A stretch of 64,000 bases of DNA from Tubulanus polymorphus (taxonomy: Eukaryota > Animalia > Nemertea), in contig NC_134025.1 of the NCBI RefSeq assembly GCF_964204645.1, forward strand, positions 1,240,001-1,304,000. The letters are read 5' to 3'. Position numbers and translations under genes: made by a program. Under the pieces are notes generated by a model, which saw only the letters and a list, made by a program, of their open reading frames with translations, was not told the origin of the DNA and did no database searches. Position 1 is the first letter of the stretch; each line of letters starts with the position of its first letter. Positions 52,001 through 64,000 of this stretch are shown here, in pieces.

Positions 52001-55000
52001 ACATTCTAGACTTACGGCATTTTTTGGTGAGGGTATGCGTCTGAGGGCATTGCTGCTGGTTTCCAGACACGAGGTTCTTCGTTCCAGTTTTCGACTTTGA
52101 AACAGGATCGCAATTTCCCCAAGTCGGTTTGCTGTATTTGCATTTTGTCCCGTCTATGAAATAGATACAGATGAAATAATGAATTCAGTGTTGTTTATCG
52201 CTGTCCATTAGAATTTGTAGAGGACATTTTGCGGGATTAAGATGGAATAACGAGTGAATTTGTGGTTGTTATTGAAAGTCATTTTAGAAGCTTTAACGGA
52301 TCTGGCGATAGATCTGAAGCAACTGGAACGATGATATACATCAAAGCGTTAAAACGCATTTAGAATTTTTATTGAAATGTTCATGACGTCTTTTAAACCT
52401 GAGAGCGAAGTAGATACGTCATTGATTATTCCGGCAGGGAATCCGCAATGAATTATTAAGCGTGGTTAGAGTTAGATATAAGCGGTGAATGTCACGTCAA
52501 GTACAGATAACAATCTTAGAGAGGGTTTAAGGGTGAGGGCTATTGTGTATTCCCGGGTGAACTCGACATCACTGATACTGACAATCTCTATGTATCAGAT
52601 ACATATTGACGTAAGGTTTAGACAGGAGTTCGATAGGAGATGATTTGATACACGATTCCAATACGAATCAGATTCTCTTCTCACCGGACGCGTCTGAGTT
52701 TGAATGGTATTACATAATATAAAGATAATTCATACACGAACTTCAAAATTATATGATAATTATGAGGCTTATCATTAGGCCCTAAATTCAGCTTAGATGT
52801 TCAGAGCGTTTTACAGATGATACAATACATCTTTTAAAAGCATTTAAGATGCTTCCTGGTTGGATTGAAAGCCATATTTCGGCTTTGAACCCGGAGAGCG
52901 AACCATAAAGACCAACAAAGAAGAAAAGGCTTTGATAATTAAGAAGAAAATGAAATGGGACAGTAATGTTCTGATGTAATGAAGGATGGCTGAATGTGGA
53001 TAATGAGAGAATAATTTCCGAGTTAATAGAAGTATGAAATTTGATTTTATCAGGTCTTTACTTACCTTCACATTTAACTTTACATGGTCTGATGCCGGAT
53101 TTCTTTAGACATTTTCTGTTATTACTGGGGGTACAGGTTATATTTCTGCTGCCCAGTCCACACGCCTGACCTTGTGGAAGCACGCACTCACTTTTTACTG
53201 AACACTCACATTTTTGACGGCCTGAAATAGCCAGAAATAACCTTCAAATAAGTGGATGTTCTCTCGGCAAATATATTCATCTTGTCGACTAATAACTGGT
53301 CTGATTCTACTTCATTCGATTCCAGTTGACATATATTCGATCATGATCATGAGAGATGATGCTTTTGGAATAATGACACGAAGCTTTTCATCTGAAGTAA
53401 AAATCTTTCTCGTGGTTTTATTGTGTTAGTAAAGACATTCTCTATGTTTTATGGTATTAGTATCGACAAACATATATCACCAAATCTCAACAGTTTGTCT
53501 CCTTTTATCTCTCTCCTTGTATCTACCCCTTCTATCTGGGTTTCTAACAGTCCCCTCCTATCTGCCCCTCATTCTGTCCCCTTCTATTTCTCCCCTTCTA
53601 ACTGTCCCATTCTATCTCTCTCCTTGTAATATTTCCTATCCTCCTCACTCACCCTGCATCTCAGTGTACCTTAGTGTATCCCTCTGTATATCAATGTATC
53701 TAAATTGTATCTCAGTATATCCCCTGCATCCCGATCCCCTGTATCTCACAATGTAATCCCCACTGTATCCCTGCTGTATCTCGCTGTTTCTCCATGTAGA
53801 TCTATCTCTCTGTACGTGTTTATTCGTATCATGATATTCATTTTTTCTTCTATATAAAGACAACACACGATACTGAATCACTGAGTCTTAATCCGGTGTT
53901 TTTGTTTGCGGGCACAAGCAGTTCAGTATTTTGTCTGTTAGACTAATTCTCATGCGTGTAGATCAGACTCTGCAGCGCCGCCATTTAATAATCTCTCAGT
54001 AAGTAAAAAGATTGAAAAGATACGCGTAACTTCTAATCCTCCGCTATAACACAAACCTGATTTACTGAGCCTCAGCTGTTTGTAAAATTTCCCCAGGGTA
54101 ACTTAAGAAGATACAGTGTTAAAACCACATCATATCGACTGGCCAACCAATTGCTGTTTGGTTTCGTCAATGAGTTGATCGAATGTTTCAAATGGCCCCA
54201 ACGGTCTGAAAGTTCTGTCTGTATCGGATACAGTATTATTACCCTATAAGCGGTAATAAACCACCAGACCATATGCGTACTGCAGCATGAGGCTTCTACT
54301 GTCACTTGCCAAACGCAGAAATTGTCCCCTCATAAACGTTGTTTATTTTGGGAGGGATTTTGTTTTTATAGCTTTCAGTTTATAGCCGTTGCAGAATATC
54401 CATCTCGTTTCCACTTAAACAGCGCGGCAAATTACATTTTCATATTTCAGTGAATTCACAGTGAAGCAATCATTATTCAATAGAGAGCATGATTACAACT
54501 CGAGATTCACGCGTCAATTCCCTCTCTCTCCCCCTCTCTTCCCTCTCTCTTCCCTTTCTCTCTTCCGTCTCTCTCTCCCCTCTCTCCCCTCTCTCTCCTC
54601 TCTCTCTTCCCTCTCTCTCTCCCCTCTCTCTCCCCCTCTCTTCCCTCTCTCTCTCTCTCTCTCCCACTCCCTCTCCCTCTCTCCCCTCTCTCTCCTCTCT
54701 CTCTCTCTCCCCCTCTCTTCCCTCTCTCTCTCTCTCCCCTCTCTCTCCCCTCTCTCTCCTCTCTCTCTTTCCTCTCTCTCTCTCCCCTCTCTCCCCTCTC
54801 TCTCCGCTCTCTACACGCGGTTCACGACTCGTCGCTGTGGCTACAATCCCTACTATTACAACCAAAAATTCATTCACGTGGCAGAAATTTGAACAATATT
54901 TATGTACGATATTGATGAAGGATTCGTGATGGCGCGCGTTCCGACAATTTATCACTTATTTCAATAGAAATTCTAAGTAATACTCGCATCGCACTTAAGT

Positions 55001-55455
55001 CGGGATCATCATTATTTTGACGACTTACACTTACTTGAAATAGAAATATAAATTGAGGTTAAAAAGACACGAATTCACTGAAGTGACCACTTATCCAACT
55101 GATCGCTTACAATTAGTTCAATGAATTAGAAAAACGAATTGGGATTCAAAACTTGAGAGAAGACTTCGGTAATATTTCGACAACTAATCAAAATCACAAC
55201 TTATATTTAATAAAAAAGAGTTGGAAATACAAATTGGGACGAAAAAATAGTGACAACAAGCAATTTGAGTTTGACTGCACTATAACAGTCTCGCCTTTCA
55301 GTAATAGGTTTTTTTATTGCGAAAATATCGCACCGACCTGCGCCATTATTCTTCCTGCGTCTTGCGGCTGCACCTCCTCTTTGATCGCGACCTGCGATCG
55401 CGGAGCTAACAACCACTAAAAGCACCAACAACAACGATATGCGAAGCTTCGTCAT
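46031..55455 (-). CDS. Secreted multi-domain pleiotrophin/midkine-like heparin-binding protein (382 aa); coding exons 55455-55338, 53221-53066, 52153-52016, 51498-51334, 49910-49767, 49679-49533, 49429-49280, 46161-46031
   Basis: Signal peptide MTKLRISLLLVLLVVVSSAIA. N-type domain ECVLPQGQACGLGSRNITC...RPCKVKC. Six C-type domains with the pattern C[KVT]Y..[WF][GS]xC....C...KxC. All seven introns are GT-AG and phase 1, giving a 1149-nt open frame. Confidence 0.88.
48590..48676. repeat. 18-bp tandem repeat (gtgggttattttacaaga), about 5 copies
   Basis: Visible directly. Confidence 0.9.
49030..49262 (-). mobile_element. Degenerate 3' fragment of an L2/CR1-type LINE ORF2
   Basis: Translates KYLHNLAPSYLSSLL and, in another frame, NSLSQPIRDIDPLPALHGQLKT. 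Both resemble the conserved tail of L2/CR1 ORF2. Confidence 0.6.
54520..54812. repeat. Polypyrimidine (CT/CCCT) microsatellite
   Basis: Visible directly. It is intronic in the PTN/MK-like gene. Confidence 0.95.
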
Positions 55456-56247
55456 CCTGCAAAAATAATAAATACCTGAGTACATCATAATCAAAGACGG
55501 AATGAAATATTCAATTTATACGCGTTTTGTTATAAATTCTCCAGGGTTTCTTCAATTTCTCAGAAGTTCGGTAGAGAAATCATCCAGGGACGCGTACATC
55601 ACCAGATATATCTTTAATGTCAGAATGATCGGTACTTTAGACGTTGCCAGAATAATTAAGTCTTATAATAACATATTTTTGTAAAGTATTTTCATCAGAA
55701 GGTAAATATTTCAATGGTTGCAATACGACAAACGGATATAACAGGCTCGGGTAGAACGAATGAAAAATATCGATATGTTTTTATTTTCTGCTGGATTCAC
55801 ATGACATAGATGAGAATTAAGAAGCACTCAAGCTATAGCAGAACAGAACGACTACCGCACTATATATTCCTGCGTATTTTCTACTGATTTTCATTAACCC
55901 AGAATCTAACACCAGAACTCCGCCACACTCTGGCCGAGTATAAACCGATATTAATGAGTTTCCGCACGTAGGAAATTCTACATTATTACATACTGCTAAT
56001 TTACTAATACGATTTCTTTATAATGAACAATCATAATTGAGGGAATTCTATGAGGGCACTTTTTCTATTTGAGAGTGTATTAGGTCGTTCAATACTCATT
56101 GACTGCAACAGTCTGTATTTGAATAAGCAAAGATGGCTGAGGAATGTCGATGGATTGGCGAAGATCTAAACATTCTGGCATGGACTGTTACATGTTCCCA
56201 TATAATAATATGATACAGGGTTCTATTATGGTTTGGTGCAAGGTTCA

Positions 56248-56852
56248 ACAGTTTGATATATGGTATAGATTTGGTACAGATTCATGTGGTTTGGTACAGG
56301 ATACAGTTTGATATATGGTATAGATTTGGTACAGATTCATGTGGTTTGGTACAGGATACAGTTTGATATATGGTATAGATTTGGTACAGATTCATGTGGT
56401 TTGGTACAGGATACAGTTTGATATATGGTATAGATTTGGTACAGATTCATGTGGTTTGGTACAGGATACAGTTTGATATATGGTATAGATTTGGTACAGA
56501 TTCATGTGGTTTGGTACAGGATACAGTTTGATATATGGTATAGATTTGGTACAGATTCATGTGGTTTGGTGCAGGATACAGTTTGATAAATGGTATAGAT
56601 TTGGTACAGATTCATGTGGTTTGGTACAGGATACAGTTTGATATATGGTATAGATTTGGTACAGATTCATGTGGTTTGGTGCAGGATACAGTTTGATATA
56701 TGGTATAGATTTGGTACAGATTCATGTGGTTTGGTGCAGGATACAGTTTGATATATGGTATAGATTTGGTACAGATTCATGTGGTTTGGTACAGGATACA
56801 GTTTGATATATGGTATAGATTTGGTACAGATTCATGTGGTTTGGTGCAGGAT
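56248..56852. repeat. 55-bp minisatellite, about 11 copies
   Basis: Unit acagtttgatatatggtatagatttggtacagattcatgtggtttggtacaggat, with internal tggta(t/c)ag subrepeats. Confidence 0.97.
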
Positions 56853-57881
56853 TCCATGATTACCACAGGATTCAATGATCTTAGTACAAATTCGCCATGG
56901 TTTTACGATTTTGGCAAGTTCCCTATTTTTTGGGGATTTTACTGATACGGAACAGATTTTGCACCGGACAAGAATATAGAAAGACTCGAATAAACCAGAA
57001 AGATAATTTTACGCTATTGCTGACATGAATCAGGGTGGATCTATGAAATAGCAATTCTATATTCGCCGTGTACGATGACCATAAATCGTGTGTCTATCTG
57101 TACGAACCATCAAACTCACTTAGTCACCAGTTCATAATCAATATATATTGAATCCTATGCATTGATTAAAGATACTTATCTCATTAATATCAAAATGTCG
57201 TTTGTACGACGGCTAGGTTTATGAAGTTCACTCTCAATAGCTCATCACTCATAGTACATAGCGATATTAGTCCGTCTATAAAATACCACAGCATCCAATC
57301 AAATCGAATTTGTCTGACTAATTATCTCAACGGCGTATCGGGCCTGTTGCTACAGCTAGTGTCGGCTAGCTACTGACGAAACCGAATTAACGGATTTGCT
57401 ACCAAAGATTAGTCAGACAGGCTTTACTGGTAACTAACATCGTTATACATGTATTCACAAAGCCTAAATCAACAGTTAGGTCTTTTCTAGCAGAAATGAA
57501 TAGAATCCCACAATTATATGCGGCATCTATTCCGACTATTTCCACAATCTCGATAACTAAGCCGTAAATATAGTGATATTATTGATGAAAGCGATCTTAT
57601 TTATACAGTTCCTAGTTAAAACTTGACCCATGAGTTAAAAAATTGAGTCATTTTGTAAGTAAGAACTGTGGAACCGGGTCCTGCATCCTGTTGATCAGTC
57701 TTTTTACATTGTAAGAAAAAAGTTAATCCCTGCTGCCGGGTCTAAGTTGGTTATTAACGTTTTTAAAATATAACTAAACCGAGAATTTTAGTAAGTTGGT
57801 TAAACGGTTTATCATATGTAAACTCGTCTGGGGTGGTTTGCCTCTATGTTTACAACAAGCTCTGCTCTTCTGCTCTTCCCT

Positions 57882-58202
<321 letters not shown>

Positions 58203-61200
58203 GGCTCAGCGGTCGCCATGGCGGTGAAAGATGATAATGTTTTTTATACGACATCCTGTGTGATTGAGGAGCACACATTTCCAGCTTGAAGAGTGCTTTT
58301 ATTACAACTGTGACAGGAATGTGAAGAATGGTCAACTGACTGTTATGTTATATTTGATGGATCAGACTTCTCGCGTATACTGCTGTACATAGTGCACTGG
58401 GGTCCGTCGTATTATATAGAACTCTGGAGTCTGATCACAAAATGATTATGAAGAAAAACCTGCAATCATGAAGGAGTACAAAGAGAGAAGTGATGTTTCG
58501 AATCGATGATTATTTTTAATAACAGTTTCAAAAACATTTTTAAAATGGCTCGTCACAAAATTGAGTCGAAACGACACTACTCTCTTAGTTTCGAAAATGG
58601 CTCATAGAATTCAGTGTAAACGTCACTACTCTCTCAGTCTTTCTTTATAATTGTGGGTTTTCTTCAATTGAACTAGAGACAGTCACTCGTTTCCTAATGG
58701 GAGTCCGGAATATAGTATCTTTTATATCTTCAATCTCTGATATCTAGCTTTTAAACTTGTTTAAATTCTTCTTCAAATTTGTAAATAGTGTAAAATGAAA
58801 AAATTCTATTCAGACATTACTTTTTCTCTGCGTCAAATGAACAATGATAAAATTCTACCTCAAAAGGTCTTACTCGAGAAATTGATTCAACACTCGGGGA
58901 TTTCGCTGAAATAAACTCTTTTTCTATAGTTACAGGAAGCAATGAACAACTTGAATAAATATTATCGTAATATATATATGCAGAAAAACTATACGAAAAA
59001 TAACAGAAATCCAGGGTTGACCTGAAAGTCTAACGCGATAACACACGCGAAGAGGTTCCTGTAACGTTGAAGTATCCATACTTCAGATTTCAACTTATAA
59101 AGGTAAATATTCTCTTGACCTTTTCCAACAAGTATTCTACATCAGGCGAAGAGTTATTTGAACCCCCTCGCGTCTGGTTTTGCTAATTTGCATAATTTGA
59201 GTTGGAAGAGGAAATAGTTTCAGTGAATAAGAGCAGAATTTCTAGTAAACCATGAATCTACAAGTGACTAAGGAGCACATGAGTTAGTCTAGCCCATTAA
59301 AAGCTCAGAGCACGCCTACTCTCTCTATCTCTCTATCGTTCTCTTTCTCTTTCTCTATCATAATTCTATAGATTTTAGCGGAAACGATCCATTAATCTAC
59401 ACATAGTAAACAATAAATACATTAGTCACTTCATGCATTAAAAGGCCATTTTATGGATAAAGCTATTATGGATCATCCGATTATTTTGCAATATTTTCTC
59501 GTTTAAAAGGTTTATTCGGAGCGACCATATAGAATCGAAGAGGGTTCTTTCATATATTGTTCATTGTCAATTTTCCATTCCTGGATCCAGTCGCACAGTG
59601 TTGTGAGTTTTAAGGTCGATTATGAATTGAAATCACTTAATTTTCAATTTCACTCTGGACTCATATTTAAATAAGAACTGCGAACTGGATCATTGGTTTT
59701 ATCAGAAAAGACCTACTTCATTAATTTGATGAACTCATCAACTCATGTGTCTGTAAAAGTTCACACCGATCGATATTCAAAAATGTAAATATAATTGATT
59801 TTGGAAATATGCACTGGACCGCTGCACTCTCAAAGCCACAAATGAAATGCAAAAGTGTACATTATTTGGATATATGCCATCATAAGCCACTGGTCGAACA
59901 CCTTTCCTGTGAAACCTAGCCACTAAAACCGAGAACCGAGTTTCACGTAATTTTGAATAAAGCCTGATAATAAATACACTTATTATGTCCATCAATACTG
60001 TGGCTTACGTCATAAGTACTGGTAGTCACGCCGGACACCTACAGAGAAAATTGCACCTATTTTGTGAATCCAATACCCGCAGTGACGGAAAGTGGTCAAC
60101 CGTTTAGAATTGCCTGTCAATTAATAATCAGTATATAAGTAGATGTGGAATAGCCCGTGCTGTCAGGCGTGGAGAATAGATAATGCGATTCACACCCACA
60201 AACTTGAAATACAAACTTGAAAGATTAGAAATGAAATTTAGTTATCAAGAATCAAAATCAAATATGAAAAGACACGATATTTCGGATACTCTTTTGAGAA
60301 TATCGTCACGTTTTCTCATCTATAACCATCGATACTTTGAACACGCCCGATCGAGTTCCTAGCAGTCATGTGATACCTAAATTGCATATGTTATTCTAAG
60401 AATATTCTGAGAAAAAAAAAACTATTCTAAGAAGAACATTTTTGTAGACAAACTCTACGTACCTGGACACTAGGGCTTCCGGTTTGTATCTTTTTAGATC
60501 CAACGCGCATAATACACGTGAATTAAATAGGAAATAGCGCGAGCTTTGTGGAGTATAGAAATCTGATTGATATGCCTAAGGCATGAATCACTAACAAATA
60601 ACTTCCGAAAATTCCCTCGTTTCCCATTCAAAGACGGAAAAAACATTGCTTTGTAAACCACGAAAATCCGTTCTTATTTATGTCCAGGGCTCAGAACGAT
60701 TACAATGAAACTGGCGACCTTTAGTTTAGTAGTGAATTGTTGGAAGGAGAGTGTGTCAAAAATTGCTATCGGACCCGGGTTATACAGGACAGACAGGATA
60801 GAAACCTCCAGGGCTCAGTAACCGGTTCTGAGACAGAAACCTGACATTTCTAAGAATCCAAATCTTATACCATCACAGTGTCGTGAGTTAGAGTTAGTTG
60901 CGAACCCAATAATGGTTTCTGAGATGAATTCACAACTGCGTAAACGAGTCCCGATTCTCGTTTAGAAATGCACCATTAAAACCATTAAAAAAAATATGAT
61001 AAACAACTTATCAAAATATTTTCATTAGAAATACCAGTGTCATAACGTGAATATTTCTATACATACAGTTTTTTTTCTAAATTCATCATTATTCGAAGCC
61101 AGACAAATAACGTTCGTGTGGTGAATTCAAACAGATTATACCAATGTAGTTAGGCTCGGTATAAATAGAACCACCGTCGGTCGTAATTGGATGTTGAAGT

Positions 61201-62177
61201 CAACCAATAAATCAAATATATAATTCTATATTCTTATAATAATGAATGATGTGAAAAGAAACTGAAATAGAAATGTTGAATAATTTTAAGTTAAATATCA
61301 TGAGAACGAACCTTAATTAATGCGGTATATCCTTCATTCGCAGAGGTGATGAATAAACTGCCTCCGCATCCAATGACTAGCAGTCGATATATATATTAGC
61401 CGTAGCTGTGAGCAAATGCTGCAGGTTCGAATCCCATAAATCCGTCTTATTGTTATTATCGCATTCATTTATATTAAATACACTGATAGCTGAATTGAAA
61501 TATCGTATGATTTGAAAGACTTTGATTTAATAACGTTTAACTAAATTTTGATTTTTGTGTATAAGAAAAATCTCAAAAATAACGACTGTACTACAATATA
61601 CACAGCTAGGCAAACTAGGCTTTCATTGGAAATTCGCTATTGATTGAACCCCTTAATAAGATACAGCTCAACAGTTTTTCTCGATCTCGGTGCTTCACCG
61701 CTGGAGAAATGATCTACCAAATGAAATGCGAAATATTGAATCTGTTACATTAACGATTCCATCCAGAGAAGCTTTTTGTTCATCGATTTTCAAATGTTTT
61801 TCAAATATCTTATAATGTGAGAAGATATTTTTAGTAATAAATGTTATTATTATTATTGTTACGATAGATTGTGGCTAGGATGATAGTTAAATAAGAAATG
61901 GTCATTAAGTTCCCAATTGGCCTCTATTTGATAAGATAAATAATGCTATAATCATGTGAAAGATCACAGATGTTTGTTGAACGTAGGGACGCACGACACA
62001 GCAGTCACGTACAGCGAGGTTTATATAATTAATACTTATATATATATGAATATTTCAATATCGCCTTCTTCAAAAATAAATCATTTGAAATCTACAGTCG
62101 TTTATAAGGAGAGGAATACTAATTGGAAAATGTCTGGTTTATTGGGATATATTAATTTCATTGCAGGAGTGTGAAAT

Positions 62178-63185
62178 ATGAAGGTATTTATGATATTCGT
62201 GGTTTTATTGGTTGTGGCTGAAAATGCGATCATTCCTGCGCCTACTGAGAACATACCGGCGCCAACATTCAGTAAGTCATACCCCGGTCTCAGTGAACTA
62301 ATGAAGAAAAATTCTCCGATATGAAGTAAAACCAATATCAAGGATTTTCGTTTGAAATGCTATGAGCCACTTTCAAAAACGGATTTATTTTCTGAATATC
62401 AGTTATGTGATGATTTTCTTCTTTGTTTGAATTAGACAGTCACGTGTCTATGGAATCAACTAAGTGTTAGTAATGTAAAATCCCGCAATGAAATAAAGAA
62501 TAAAGTCTGGAAATATTTTTTTGTGCTAATAGGTTATTTCAACATTTCGATTATATCCGAAAAGTTATTTTCAGCAATCAGTATTGTTAATAGCTCAAAG
62601 AAACATTTTGTTCATTAGTTTTTTCATTTTCATTTGAAGACATGACCGTATTATCGTTTCAACTCGGGACACAGGGTGCTTCATCAATGTTTATCAAATT
62701 TAATTTTTTGAGATATCAACAAAATGTTATCCACTAATCGTCTAGTTTCAATTTCAAACATTGAATTCTATCTCTGTGTTTTAGATCACAAATTCATCGG
62801 AGGTGTTTTACACCCCACGTCAGTGATGGGAAAGCGATCTTCGATTTTCGAAAAGATAAAACAAAGAAAGTAAGTGAAATATTTTCGAATTGATATCAAC
62901 GTTTCTTTTTGAGCTGAATCTCTGAGAACAGTCAAATTGTGTGATCAACTTTTCCAACACAGCGCCCCAAAATAGTGTATGGAACAAGCTTCCGGTCAGT
63001 ATGCGTGCCATTTCATCTAGTGATGAATTTAGGAAGCTTTTTAAATGAGTAACTGTGTCAAAATATTCGGTGATTCAAATTTCAAAATATACATAAATAT
63101 AAAGATGCTATGACAAACAAATAGTCGTGTTGATCGCATTAGAATCTTGATCATTTATTTATGTATTTTCAGATGCCACGAATGA
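62178..63185 (+). CDS. Putative small secreted peptide precursor (63 aa); coding exons 62178-62271, 62785-62869, 63173-63185
   Basis: Acceptor tttcattgcag precedes the ATG. Signal peptide MKVFMIFVVLLVVAENA. Two A|gtaagt donors, with acceptors gtgttttag and tattttcag. The spliced frame contains GKR. AATAAA at 63264-63269. Confidence 0.6.
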
Positions 63186-64000
63186 TATATTGAGACAAAG
63201 GAAGCGGCGCTTCACATTGACGAATAGGGGAAAGAGTAACAAACAAAAAAAATGATTACGGCAAATAAAATATTTATTCGTGAACACGTTTTACTTTCAA
63301 TAACTCGTGTCGTCACGTATAGCTCCATTAGCAACCGATACAACCGGCTCCACGCTAGCCGATTTGCAAATCAGCATTTCTGGTGTGAACGAGCATTTTA
63401 TACATTTCTGATAAATAATCCTACGATATCGTTTCAAAACGCATATAAAATGACGTAGAACGCGAATGTATCAGCTACAGAGCCCCTTTATACTACTGGT
63501 ACTGGTACTAGTAATTTGACTCAAACTTTACCGACAACTAACTAGCCCTACAGTTATACAGTTCTGAATCAAGATCTAACTCACAGAGTTAACTCCAATT
63601 CGCAACTGTGGAACTAGAGATTCTGGTGAACTGTATCCCTGGACCCGGTTCCACAACAACTTACAGATCTGACTCCAAGCAATGATATTGATTTGGATTT
63701 GACATTGAAATGAACTGATTTTAACTCAATAACTTAGCCTACACCGTAAAACCGGGTCTTGGCTGTTAAGATAAGATTTTAAAGCTGTTTCGGAGACATA
63801 TGTAGTTTGAGTTCGAGACATTTCGAAGTGAAATTCGTTGGATCAAAACAATCCACTTGAATCGAGAAGTTTTAACAATGATCTTGAATCTATTTTCGCT
63901 GAGATGATGATGTGTTTACAACAGGTAATTTGTGTTGATTTCCTGTCGGTACTAATGATAACAGTCGTCCGTTTATAAGATCCCGCGTACACGACCGTCA

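Overview
Eukaryotic genomic DNA: AT-rich, spliceosomal GT-AG introns (many only about 55-100 nt), microsatellites and short inverted-repeat elements. It most likely comes from a marine invertebrate, plausibly a lophotrochozoan (inference). No prokaryotic operons or CRISPR arrays are present. Recognisable genes are tRNA-Asn(GTT), CEP162 (minus, multi-exon), EXOSC7/Rrp42 (minus, multi-exon), a class A peptide-type GPCR with an uninterrupted coding region, and a PRRT3/PRRT4-like 7TM protein. Splicing exons by hand revealed genes the ORF track misses. (1) An 8-exon secreted pleiotrophin/midkine-like protein of 382 aa, with one N-type domain and six tandem C-type domains, each on its own phase-1 exon. 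(2) A 4-exon, 191-aa orphan single-pass membrane protein. (3) Two very small signal-peptide-bearing peptide precursor genes near 4.5 kb and 62-63 kb. Repeat oddities include a minisatellite built from about 34 copies of the real CEP162 5' splice donor, a satellite expanded inside a MITE, and two MITEs inserted into the same 10-bp target. All gene models were read by eye, with no database search or RNA evidence.
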